Positions 17,608-25,666 of a stretch of 32,000 nt of DNA are shown here, one piece after another. A program made the position numbers and the translations under genes. This stretch comes from Patescibacteria group bacterium (GTDB lineage: Bacteria; Patescibacteriota; Patescibacteriia; 2-01-FULL-39-33). The stretch covers positions 120,001-152,000 of the forward strand of contig JBAZMW010000001.1 of the NCBI GenBank assembly GCA_041649575.1. Direction: 5' to 3'. Below the pieces are notes generated by a model. The model searched no databases, was not told where the DNA came from, and was given only the letters and a program-made list of their open reading frames with translations. The first letter of the stretch is position 1. Each line of letters starts with the position of its first letter.

Positions 17608-17653
17608 GACCGGGGCCGTCCTAGCGCTGTGTAGCGTTGGGTTGGTCCCGGTC
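17608..17653 (-). terminator. Candidate terminator/structured 3' end of the 70-aa gene
   Basis: GACCGGG (17608-17614) pairs with CCCGGTC (17647-17653); minus-strand 3' side continues AAACCATTTTTATTG. Confidence 0.5.
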
Positions 17654-17675
17654 TGGGCGTAAGGTGCGACATGGG

Positions 17676-17888
17676 TCAGTTCTCCTTCAGGCAGATGTCA
17701 GGTTTCATTCTGGCCAACGCAAAGCCGTCCAATATGGCATCTCGCGGCACTCGCATGGCTTGAAGCGCTTGGACCACTGCATCGGGGTTGAAGTTGCTTC
17801 GCAGGACAATCCTGACCTTCTCTGAGGGAGGCAGCCCCCTCCGGCCCCGCCAGATATTTCTGACAAACTCTTCTGCCGTCTGCGGCAT
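17676..17888 (-). CDS. Small conserved-looking hypothetical protein (70 aa)
   Basis: MPQTAEEFVRNIWRGRRGLPPSEKVRIVLRSNFNPDAVVQALQAMRVPRDAILDGFALARMKPDICLKEN, preceded by SD AAAGGAGGTGA and a promoter. Confidence 0.65.
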   Translation of the reverse strand: MPQTAEEFVRNIWRGRRGLPPSEKVRIVLRSNFNPDAVVQALQAMRVPRDAILDGFALARMKPDICLKEN

Positions 17889-17940
17889 GACCGATCACCT
17901 CCTTTCTTGTCAGATTTCCGATCTGGGCTCGGATGTCAAT

Positions 17941-17969
17941 ATCATAAATATTTTTTAAGCATTAGTCAA
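17941..17969 (-). promoter_or_regulatory. Promoter TTGACT-N17-TATGAT for the 70-aa gene
   Basis: Plus-strand ATCATA 17941-17946 and AGTCAA 17964-17969, exact 17-bp spacer. Confidence 0.7.
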
Positions 17970-18018
17970 GTGCTGGCGGTTTTGTTATAATAAATACAGA
18001 ATTAATAATTTTATTTTT

Positions 18019-18663
18019 ATGAAAAAAATCGGTCAGCTTTTATTTTTATTGCTATTAACTTTGCCTTTGGCCGGTTGTTTGAATAATCTCTCAAAGGAGA
18101 ATCGGCTGGTGGATACCCCGGACAACAAAACAAAAAATAGCAATCAGCAGCTTAACCGGGAAATCGACGCTCCAAGCAATATTAATATTAATACCAATAT
18201 TAATACCAACACAACAGTAAAAAAATTTTACCCCGATGCCGGTTTGGCCAAGAGCGGACAGACAACCAATCAAGATTCACAAAACCAGTCAAAAAAGAAT
18301 TTTATTATCACCCAAGAGCTGCAGGTCAAGTTTTATTTAGTTGACAAATATAATCCCGGCACTTGTTATGGCCTGCCCGGGCCGGTACCTGCCGAAGCAA
18401 TCGCTGGCATGATTGGCCGCAATCCGGAGTTGGCAGAACTGGTAAGGTCAAAATACAATCTGACTGCCGATTTGGATGTTTATAATAAAATCAAGCAGCT
18501 TAACGGCATTCAGCTGGAAAAATTGGCCGGCGGCAAATATCAGTTTGACTTTACCGATGGCCAGTGCTGTATTTTGAAAGCTTATGAAGGGGAGGTGACA
18601 ATCGTCGGACAGACCATTAGTGACACAATTACTAAACAAGACAGCAAACAGAACCCATGTTAG
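18019..18663 (+). CDS. Hypothetical lipoprotein
   Basis: MKKIGQLLFLLLLTLPLAGCLNNLSKEN (lipobox LAGC), Asn/Ile/Thr-rich linker, C-terminal domain with CCILK. Confidence 0.7.
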   Translation: MKKIGQLLFLLLLTLPLAGCLNNLSKENRLVDTPDNKTKNSNQQLNREIDAPSNININTNINTNTTVKKFYPDAGLAKSGQTTNQDSQNQSKKNFIITQELQVKFYLVDKYNPGTCYGLPGPVPAEAIAGMIGRNPELAELVRSKYNLTADLDVYNKIKQLNGIQLEKLAGGKYQFDFTDGQCCILKAYEGEVTIVGQTISDTITKQDSKQNPC

Positions 18664-19478
18664 GAAAATTTTCAATTAAACATAGGCCACCATTTTTGTT
18701 GTTGGGCGGGATTCTTATTTTGGTTTTGGCTGGCTGCCAGGGCGGAGCCAAGCTGATAAATATTAATATTGATAGTGAAGCCGAGGTCGCTACCGCAACT
18801 GTAAAAAAGATTGAAGCGACCAGCTCGCCGGAAGCCAAAACAGCAGAAAAGATTAAGGCGCCAATCGTCCCCGCTACCAACCTAAAACAAGTTTTATCCA
18901 AACTGGAGCTGCCGGTATTATTCGCCCAGCAAGCGCCTTTTGCCAATTGGGACGCCCTGCACGAAGAGGCTTGCGAAGAGGCAGCGATGATTATTGTCGC
19001 CAAATATTTTTTACACCAGCCGCTGAATGAGACAATCATGGAACAGGAAATACAAAAGCTGGTAAAATGGGAAAAAGAGCGAGGATACGAAGTCGACTTG
19101 ACGGCGCAGGAAACAGTTGAAATTTTGCAAACACTTTTTGGATTAAAAACTGAAGTCAGTCAGGAAGTGACGGTTGATCAAATCAAATATGAGTTGTCTC
19201 AAGGCAATTTAATAATTGTGCCGGCTGCCGGACGAGAGCTTAATAATCCTAATTTCAAGCAGCCAGGACCGATTTATCATATGTTGGTTATTAAAGGTTA
19301 TAATGACCAGGAATTCATTACTAACGACCCGGGCACCAGAAAGGGCAACGGCTGGAAATACAAATATAGTCAGCTGTTGGATTCCGTTCATGATTGGAAT
19401 CATGATTTGGCCAAAGACGGCTTGACCAATCAGGAGATGGCTCAGGGAGAAAGAGTGATGGTTATCGTTAGAAAATAA
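18657..19478 (+). CDS. C39-family-like cysteine peptidase lipoprotein
   Basis: Lipobox LAGC; 'LPVLFAQQAPFANWDALHEEACEEAAMIIVAKYF' and 'YHMLVIKGYNDQEFITNDPGTRKGNGWKYKYSQL' (C39_2-type Cys/His motifs). Confidence 0.8.
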   Translation: MLGKFSIKHRPPFLLLGGILILVLAGCQGGAKLININIDSEAEVATATVKKIEATSSPEAKTAEKIKAPIVPATNLKQVLSKLELPVLFAQQAPFANWDALHEEACEEAAMIIVAKYFLHQPLNETIMEQEIQKLVKWEKERGYEVDLTAQETVEILQTLFGLKTEVSQEVTVDQIKYELSQGNLIIVPAAGRELNNPNFKQPGPIYHMLVIKGYNDQEFITNDPGTRKGNGWKYKYSQLLDSVHDWNHDLAKDGLTNQEMAQGERVMVIVRK

Positions 19479-19500
19479 TTTTTGACTTATCCACAACAGG

Positions 19501-19522
19501 TGGGTTGACACCCATTTTTTTT
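19501..19522 (+). terminator. Short terminator-like hairpin after the C39 gene
   Basis: TGGGT (19501-19505) TGAC ACCCA (19510-19514) followed by eight T. Confidence 0.5.
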
Positions 19523-19557
19523 ATTGATAAATTAATAAAACCTAGTAATTTAGTAGG
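19505..19557 (+). promoter_or_regulatory. Promoter TTGACA-N17-TAAATT plus palindromic candidate operator of the Fe-S operon
   Basis: TTGACA 19505-19510, TAAATT 19528-19533, near-palindrome CCTAGTAATTTAGTAGG 19541-19557 overlapping the SD. Confidence 0.6.
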
Positions 19558-19566
19558 AGTTATATG

Positions 19567-19965
19567 ATGTTTACCACCAAAACCGAGTATGGGCTTCGTG
19601 CTATGGTCTCTCTGGCCAAAAATAAAGGCAAGAAGCCGTTGTCTTTGGCGCAGATAGCCAAAAGCAACCACATTTCCCAAGCTTACCTGGAGCAGTTATT
19701 TGCCAAATTAAAAGCCAATGATTTGGTAAAAAGCTCCAAGGGGGTGGAAGGTGGTTATGTGCTTTATCGGCCAGCCAGTAAAATCAATGTTTTTGAAATC
19801 GTGGAGGCGCTGGAGGGGCCGCTGGCGGTTTTTTATTGCATGTCCGGCGAACAAAAAAAAGCGGTTTGCTCGATCAAAGACTGCCTGACTAAAAAAATTT
19901 GGAGCGAGCTTCAGCGCAATATTATCAAAACCTTAAGAAGATTTAGCTTGGCAGATTTAATTTAA
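19567..19965 (+). CDS. Rrf2 family transcriptional regulator (IscR-like)
   Basis: MFTTKTEYGLRAMVSLAKNKGKKPLSLAQIAKSNHISQAYLEQLFAKLKANDLVKSSKGVEGGYVL; three Cys in 'YCMSGEQKKAVCSIKDC'. Tandem ATGs at 19564/19567. Confidence 0.93.
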   Translation: MFTTKTEYGLRAMVSLAKNKGKKPLSLAQIAKSNHISQAYLEQLFAKLKANDLVKSSKGVEGGYVLYRPASKINVFEIVEALEGPLAVFYCMSGEQKKAVCSIKDCLTKKIWSELQRNIIKTLRRFSLADLI

Positions 19966-19984
19966 AAATAAAAATTAACACTTT

Positions 19985-20365
19985 ATGTATAACGAAAAAG
20001 TTTTACAACATTTTAAAAATCCCCACAACCAAGGAATGATCAAGGGGGCCGATGGCGTAGGGCAGGTGGGCAATCCGGTTTGCGGCGACATCATGAAAAT
20101 TTATATCAAGGTGGGTAAGAACAAGCGGGGAGAGGAAATAATCGAAGATATTAAATTTGAGACCCTGGGTTGCGGTGCAGCCATCGCCACTTCCTCGATG
20201 CTGACGGATATGGTCAAAGGCAAAACAATCAGTGAGTCGCTGAAAATCGGCAAGCTGGATATTGCCAAAGAATTGGGAGGCTTGCCGGAGGCTAAACTGC
20301 ATTGTTCGGTTTTGGCGCATGAAGGCTTGGCTGAAGCAGTTAAAAATTATAGAAATAAAAAATAA
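19985..20365 (+). CDS. iscU: Fe-S cluster assembly scaffold, NifU N-terminal/IscU type
   Basis: YNEKVLQHFKNPHNQG...GNPVCGDIMKIYIKV...TLGCGAAIATSSMLTDMVKGKT...KLHCSVLAHEG. Confidence 0.93.
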   Translation: MYNEKVLQHFKNPHNQGMIKGADGVGQVGNPVCGDIMKIYIKVGKNKRGEEIIEDIKFETLGCGAAIATSSMLTDMVKGKTISESLKIGKLDIAKELGGLPEAKLHCSVLAHEGLAEAVKNYRNKK

Positions 20366-20366
20366 T

Positions 20367-20591
20367 ATGGAAAAAAAAATAAAAGAGGAGTTAGAAAAAA
20401 TCCGTCCGTATCTGCAAATGGATGGCGGTGATGTCGAGTTTGTTTCTTTTGATGAAGCGACTGGTTTGCTAAGAATTAGAATGATGGGCGCTTGCGCGCA
20501 TTGCCCGATGTCGCAGGTGACTCTAGGTGAAGGCATTAGGCGGACTATTAAAGAGGCAATAAAAGAGGTAAAAGAGGTGGAGGCGGTTTAA
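20367..20591 (+). CDS. NifU C-terminal (Nfu-type) domain protein
   Basis: MEKKIKEELEKIRPYLQMDGGDVEFVSFDEATGLLRIRMMGACAHCPMSQVTLGEGIRRTI. Confidence 0.92.
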   Translation: MEKKIKEELEKIRPYLQMDGGDVEFVSFDEATGLLRIRMMGACAHCPMSQVTLGEGIRRTIKEAIKEVKEVEAV

Positions 20592-20600
20592 AAATATTAT

Positions 20601-21806
20601 ATGGAAGATAAAAAAAATATTTATTTAGATAATGCGGCCACCACTAAAGTGGACCGGCGTGTGCTGGAGGCAATGCGGCCGTATTTTAGTGAGCAATATG
20701 GTAATGCCTCTTCTTTGCATCAGCCGGGCCTGGACGCCAGAGTGGCAGTAGACAGGGCTCAAGCCAAAATTGCCAGTTTTTTGGGCTGCCAGAAAGAGGA
20801 GGTATATTTTACCTCCGGCGCTACGGAAAGCGATAATATGGCAATTTTGGGCCTTATAAGAGCTCTAGACGGCCAGGCGCAGAAAAAATCGCATTTAATC
20901 GTTTCAAAAATAGAACATGATGCCATTCTCGAGCCGGCCAAACAATTAGCCAAGGAAGGCGTTGAGGTCACCTTTTTGCCGGTCAATAAAAAAGGACTGG
21001 TAGAGGTGGAGCAGTTAAGGCGAGCCGTTAAAGTAAACACAGTCCTGGTTTCTATAATGTATGTCAACAACGAGCTGGGCACGATTCAACCAATAAAAGA
21101 GATCGGCCAGTTAATCGGTCGGCTAAATAAAAAAAGAGGAGCTGGTAAGAATAAAATTTATTTTCACACCGACGCGGTGCAAGCCTTAAGCTATTGCGAT
21201 TGTCAGGTGGAAAAATTAGGCGTTGACTTATTGTCTTTGTCGGGGCATAAAATTTATGGCCCCAAAGGAGTGGGAGCGATTTATATTAGACGGGGCACGC
21301 CGCTTAAGCCGCTGTTGTTTGGCGGGCACCAGCAAGAAGGAGTGCGTTCCGGCACCTATAATGTGCCGTCCATAGTCGGGCTGGGTCGGGCGGTGGAACT
21401 TTTGCTGGATGAAAGAAAATTAAAAACGGAAAACGAGAGAATAAAAAAATTAAGAGACTCCTTGATTAAAGGGGTTAGGGCCAAGGTGAGTGGAATTTTG
21501 ATTAATGGTGATTTGGCAAAAAGAGTTCCTAGTAATGCCAGCTTTATTTTCAAGGGCGTGGAAGGGGAGAGCGTGGTTTTGCTGCTTTCGGAAAAAGGCA
21601 TAGCCGTTTCCACTGGCTCGGCCTGTTCTTCTGGGTCGCTGGAGCCCAGCCATGTCCTTAAAGCGCTGGGAATAAAGCCAGAATTAGCCCACGGCAGTTT
21701 GCGAGTGACTTTGGGAAGATTTACCAGCCAAAAAGATATCAGAAAATTTTTAAAGGAGTTACCGTCGGCAGTCGCCAGACTAAGAAAAATTTCACCGTTT
21801 AAATAA
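20601..21806 (+). CDS. iscS: Cysteine desulfurase (NifS/IscS family)
   Basis: IYLDNAATTKVDRRVLEAMRPYF...TSGATESDN...HTDAVQA...SLSGHKIYGPKGVGA...STGSACSSGSLEPSHVL. Confidence 0.95.
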   Translation: MEDKKNIYLDNAATTKVDRRVLEAMRPYFSEQYGNASSLHQPGLDARVAVDRAQAKIASFLGCQKEEVYFTSGATESDNMAILGLIRALDGQAQKKSHLIVSKIEHDAILEPAKQLAKEGVEVTFLPVNKKGLVEVEQLRRAVKVNTVLVSIMYVNNELGTIQPIKEIGQLIGRLNKKRGAGKNKIYFHTDAVQALSYCDCQVEKLGVDLLSLSGHKIYGPKGVGAIYIRRGTPLKPLLFGGHQQEGVRSGTYNVPSIVGLGRAVELLLDERKLKTENERIKKLRDSLIKGVRAKVSGILINGDLAKRVPSNASFIFKGVEGESVVLLLSEKGIAVSTGSACSSGSLEPSHVLKALGIKPELAHGSLRVTLGRFTSQKDIRKFLKELPSAVARLRKISPFK

Positions 21807-21814
21807 AATTTTTT

Positions 21815-21846
21815 AAAAGAAAGCCAGCTTGACTGGCTTTCTTTTT
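21815..21846 (+). terminator. Rho-independent terminator, end of Fe-S operon
   Basis: AAAAGAAAGCCAG (21815-21827) / CTGGCTTTCTTTT (21833-21845). Confidence 0.85.
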
Positions 21847-21876
21847 AGTTGAGCTGTTAAATTGTTTACTGGCGGC

Positions 21877-22218
21877 CTAAGGTTTGGTAGAGGTGGCAAA
21901 AGTGGAAGTGGCTTTCGTGGAAGCGAGAGAAAAGCTAAATGGATCACGAGGATTGACTAAATTGGTGGTCGGCTTGGTTTTTTCTGCTAAATTTTTGATG
22001 GTTTGTTGAAACCTTTCTTTCTCCAGGTTTTCTTCCAGAACCTGTTGTTTTAGTTGAGTGAGGATTTCGGCTTGGGCGATTGCTCGATAAACATTTTTGT
22101 AAAGAAACGAAAAAACTAGCCCTAAGATAATAATAATAATTACAATTATAGCGGGATAAAGGTATTTAATTAGGGGAAAGATGCTCGGCCGGAAAGGCAA
22201 TTTTTTATTATTGGACAT
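21877..22218 (-). CDS. Small single-TM protein at the 3' end of the pilMNO operon
   Basis: One strong TM and a charged coiled region; positional association with pilO only. Confidence 0.6.
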   Translation of the reverse strand: MSNNKKLPFRPSIFPLIKYLYPAIIVIIIIILGLVFSFLYKNVYRAIAQAEILTQLKQQVLEENLEKERFQQTIKNLAEKTKPTTNLVNPRDPFSFSLASTKATSTFATSTKP

Positions 22219-22223
22219 GATTT

Positions 22224-22757
22224 TTATTTTAGATAAACAGAACCGATTAATTGGAGGGTAATATTTTGATTGGCGTTTTTACTATTGGTCGAAGCTAGCA
22301 GCAGGTCCAGATTGTAGTAGTATGGCAAGTTTTCAACAGACCGCAGAAAACCCAGTAATTGGGGATACTCGCCAACCAAATTAATTTGCAAAGGAATCTG
22401 TTTGATGCCATCACCCAAATCTTTGCCATCAAGGTCGGGATTAAGGTTGATAAGCAGTCCATTTTGACTAGCCAGATTTTCTAACTGGGTAAAGAATTCC
22501 AATTCATGATTTTTTTTGACAAAAACCGATTCTAGCTGATTGATCGTTTCTTTGATTTCTGTCAAATCAGTTTTAATTTTACGCAGGTTCATTCCTGAAT
22601 TTAATTTTTGTTCCAATTTCAGTCTCTCGGAAGTTATCTCCTGGTTGATTTTGCTGATTTCGATGAAGTTGGGATAAATAATAAAGGCCGCCACTGCCAA
22701 AAGGACAATGACAACCGAGCCGATAGTTATAAAGTTTTTATTTTTTCGGTAATCCAT
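22224..22757 (-). CDS. pilO: Type IV pilus inner-membrane assembly protein PilO-like
   Basis: Single N-terminal TM, coiled-coil, 'LINLNPDLDGKDLGDGIKQIPLQINLVGEYPQLLGFLRSVENLPYYYNLDLL'. Confidence 0.8.
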   Translation of the reverse strand: MDYRKNKNFITIGSVVIVLLAVAAFIIYPNFIEISKINQEITSERLKLEQKLNSGMNLRKIKTDLTEIKETINQLESVFVKKNHELEFFTQLENLASQNGLLINLNPDLDGKDLGDGIKQIPLQINLVGEYPQLLGFLRSVENLPYYYNLDLLLASTNSKNANQNITLQLIGSVYLK

Positions 22758-23298
22758 TTTCTGGTTGACTTACAGCTGATTTAATTTTGGCTCCAATGGT
22801 AAAGCTGTTATTTTCTTTGACCAGTAAGTTATTTAGGGGCAGGTCGATATCATAAAATCGTTCGTCGGCTTCCAGATTTTTTTTGAGTTCCAACAAGTCA
22901 TTTCTGGTTTTTGCTATCCCCTGAATTTCTAATTGTGAGTTTTGTTGGTAAATTTTTACCAGATTGTAGGAAACGCCAGCTGGCGTAAGTTTTGATAAGT
23001 TGGTTAGGAAATCAGACCATTTCTGGAAATTTTTTTGGATTTTATAAACGTTATTTATTTTTTTATTGATTAAAACAACTTCTTCGTTGGTTTTTTGGCT
23101 GATTTGAATGGCATTAATATTACGGGTGATCAGGCTGGCCAGTTGTTGTTCTAAGAAGTAGCGGGAAACTATAAGCAAGATAGCGATTAGGGCGGTAAAA
23201 AGCAAAAACAACATCAAAAGTTCTTTTAAAGCCAGGTAGATCCTTTTGGTCTTTAATTCTTTTTTTTGTTTGGGTGAAAGAAGATTTAAGGTAATCAT
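22738..23298 (-). CDS. pilN: PilN domain protein
   Basis: MITLNLLSPKQKKELKTKRIY...TM...coiled coil...'VKIYQQNSQLEIQGIAKTRNDLLELKKNLEADERFYDIDLPLNNL'. Confidence 0.82.
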   Translation of the reverse strand: MITLNLLSPKQKKELKTKRIYLALKELLMLFLLFTALIAILLIVSRYFLEQQLASLITRNINAIQISQKTNEEVVLINKKINNVYKIQKNFQKWSDFLTNLSKLTPAGVSYNLVKIYQQNSQLEIQGIAKTRNDLLELKKNLEADERFYDIDLPLNNLLVKENNSFTIGAKIKSAVSQPENGLPKK

Positions 23299-24353
23299 AA
23301 AAAAGTTTCCGGACTAAGGCCGCGGCGGGCTAAGCCCAGGGCGGTGATAAAAGACTGGGATTTGCCCGAAGAAAAATAATTGTTTTGAGGATTAATGATG
23401 TTTTGCCAGGGATTGGCCACCACGGCCGCTAATTTGATTTTATTTTGGATATTTGCGGCCATTTCGGAAAAGCAAGCGCCACCGCCGCAGAGCATGATTT
23501 GTTTTAGTTCTTTGGCGTTTTTGAAGTTGTCGCGATAAAAATTAGTTGCTTCCAGAATATTGCGGCAGAGCTCATCAATGGTATCAGAAAGTATTTCCAG
23601 TAGCGCGCCATGGCATTTATTTTTGTCCAGGCCGCAGACAATTTTGGCCTGCTCGGCCTGTTCTCGGTCAAGCTCGAGGGCTTCGGCAATCAGCTGGGTG
23701 AGGCGATTGCCGGAAATCGGCAGACTGATCGTAAATTTTACAAAGCCTTCCTCAATCAGAAAAAGACCAGTGCGGTTGGCGCCGATATCAATGACAACCT
23801 TTGGTTCTTGATCTTGATCGGGAACAATGGCGCGGGCAATGGCGGCCGCCTCGATTTCTAGAGCGGTGGGGATCAGGCCGGCTTGAGTCAAAATGGCCAC
23901 GTAGGAATCAATGATGTTTTGCGGCGAAATCCCAACAATCAAGGTTTGTTTCTCGGCCTCCGTTTTAATGATCTGCCAGTCAAAATAAACTTCCTCGATA
24001 TTAAGGGGTACGTGTTGCGGTAGAACCAGTTTTATCTCGTCATTTATCTTTTCTTTTTCAACCAGGGGAATATCGATGACTTTGAGAAAAGTTTTGCTTT
24101 CCGGCAAAACAGCGATAACTTCGTCGCTAAGTTTTCCGTGGCCGTGTCTGGTTTTGATCAACTTGACCAATGCTTCCAAAAAAGGTTTGCTCTGCTTGAT
24201 CTCTCCCCCCTCCAGGCAGCCCGAAGGCAGACTGATCTCATTATAAAGTTGGAGGCGTATTTTTTTGCCTCTTTTATGAAGCTGAACTAGCCGCAAACAG
24301 TGGTCGGAGATATCTAACCCAAAAGCGATTTCCTTGGTGGTAAAAAAAGACAT
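23295..24353 (-). CDS. pilM: Type IV pilus assembly ATPase-fold protein PilM
   Basis: FGLDISDHCLRLVQLHK..., 'VVIDIGANRTGLFLIEEG', 'LKQIMLCGGGACFSEMAANIQ'. Confidence 0.88.
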   Translation of the reverse strand: MSFFTTKEIAFGLDISDHCLRLVQLHKRGKKIRLQLYNEISLPSGCLEGGEIKQSKPFLEALVKLIKTRHGHGKLSDEVIAVLPESKTFLKVIDIPLVEKEKINDEIKLVLPQHVPLNIEEVYFDWQIIKTEAEKQTLIVGISPQNIIDSYVAILTQAGLIPTALEIEAAAIARAIVPDQDQEPKVVIDIGANRTGLFLIEEGFVKFTISLPISGNRLTQLIAEALELDREQAEQAKIVCGLDKNKCHGALLEILSDTIDELCRNILEATNFYRDNFKNAKELKQIMLCGGGACFSEMAANIQNKIKLAAVVANPWQNIINPQNNYFSSGKSQSFITALGLARRGLSPETFL

Positions 24354-24421
24354 CGATAAATTATTAAAGGTTTAGCCTGATTTATTTAATTATAGAGCAT
24401 TATTGATTATTTTTCTAGGTT

Positions 24422-25666
24422 TTAATACTCTTCTTCCCAGTGCTCTACGGTGACAACCGGAGAAAATTGGGGGTCGCCCAGGGTGTAACTGATGATTTCG
24501 TTATCAAAGGTGATGTTAATGCCCTGCCAGAGACTAGTCAAAGTCAGTTTTCGCGAGATTAAGCCGCCAGTGACATCAAAGGCTCCGGGCAGGCTTAAAA
24601 TATTAATTTTGTCGTTGGCATAAATTAACGCTTGAGCGTCGAAGTCGTCGAGACACAGCTCGAAATCGATACGGCCCATGGCCAGCAGTCCGGAAGGAGT
24701 GGTGGTGCCGACGCGACTGATATCCACATCAGAGCGCCCGCATCTTAACCACCAACAGCAAAGCAAAGTGTTTTGGCCGACGGCAATGTCGCCCTCCGCC
24801 GCCAGAACGCCGTTAACAGTCAATTTTTGTCCGCCTTTAATATCGATATCGCCGGTGACATAGGTAATCGGGCCAGGCAAAGTCAGCTCTTGGTTGTCCC
24901 ACATCAGGTCTTCAAACTGACTCTCGCTGTAGATGGCATTGGCACGATTTTTGTAAGAGTCAGGGTCGGCCGGATCGTTAAAAGAAATAGCCGGCATCGG
25001 TATGGGATCGGGGGCGGGGGGATAATTAGCCGCTTCCAGACTGGAAGCATTGATGGTGGAAGTCCAGTTCCTGTTTATATTGCCGGTGGCCCGTACGGCA
25101 TTATCGACATTTAGGGTGCTCCAAAAATTGACAATAATATTATTATTGGAAAACAAGCTGCCATTGTAAACGTTTATCAGACTGCCGGAAGTGTCGATAT
25201 TGCCGTCGGCATATTCTCCGTTGTCACCGACTATACTTTCTCCCAAAGCTTTGTAGATGGTGGTTTTAACCACACGTTGGGCGGTGCTGCCATTTAAATC
25301 TAAAAAACCGGTAGCGGTGATTTCTCCTCTGGCCAGACCGGTGTTGCTGATGTGGATTTGATAAGAACCGTTAGCCAAGAGCGCCGAATCCCTGGTGTAA
25401 GTGAAAGACCAGCTGGGATTATTTTCAAAGCTGTCTTTCCAGGTCGGGTCGTTTTTTATTCTCCAGACGGCTTCGGCGATGGCGCTCTCGGCCAGATAGT
25501 AGGTTTTGGCGGCGGCTGATTGGCTGGAGGAAATTTTTAGTTCAGTCAGGGTAAAATTGACAAGATAAACAGCCAACAACAGCATCAGTGACATGATTAG
25601 AATGGAGGTCATTAGCACAAAACCCTTGGGGTTTTTGGTAAAGATTTTTTTATAAATTGCGGCCAT
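24422..25666 (-). CDS. PilX/GspK-like large minor pilin-like protein with beta-repeat C-terminal region
   Basis: Upstream in-frame Mets to 25723. N-terminus 'KNPKG|FVLMTSILIMSLMLLLAVYLVNFTLTELKISSSQSAAAKTYYLAESAIAEAVWRI'; later 'TYVTGDIDIKGGQKLTVNGVLAAEGDIAVGQ'. Confidence 0.75.
   Translation of the reverse strand: MAAIYKKIFTKNPKGFVLMTSILIMSLMLLLAVYLVNFTLTELKISSSQSAAAKTYYLAESAIAEAVWRIKNDPTWKDSFENNPSWSFTYTRDSALLANGSYQIHISNTGLARGEITATGFLDLNGSTAQRVVKTTIYKALGESIVGDNGEYADGNIDTSGSLINVYNGSLFSNNNIIVNFWSTLNVDNAVRATGNINRNWTSTINASSLEAANYPPAPDPIPMPAISFNDPADPDSYKNRANAIYSESQFEDLMWDNQELTLPGPITYVTGDIDIKGGQKLTVNGVLAAEGDIAVGQNTLLCCWWLRCGRSDVDISRVGTTTPSGLLAMGRIDFELCLDDFDAQALIYANDKINILSLPGAFDVTGGLISRKLTLTSLWQGINITFDNEIISYTLGDPQFSPVVTVEHWEEEY

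Noticed and set aside
17637-17898. ORFs 17637-17825 (+) and 17698-17898 (-)
   Set aside because: The 17676-17888 frame alone aligns with SD AAAGGAGGTGA and the promoter at proper spacing.
285-18675. Many track ORFs on the strand opposite clear genes (e.g. 285-482 -, 3060-3476 -, 7442-7642 -, 13070-13984 +, 14761-15175 -, 18091-18273 -)
   Set aside because: Antisense shadows of well-supported genes with no motifs or initiation signals of their own.
19487-19495. Perfect DnaA-box-like 9-mer TTATCCACA
   Set aside because: Single occurrence noticed, no cluster of boxes, no dnaA/dnaN/gidA context and no AT-rich unwinding element; not enough for an origin claim.
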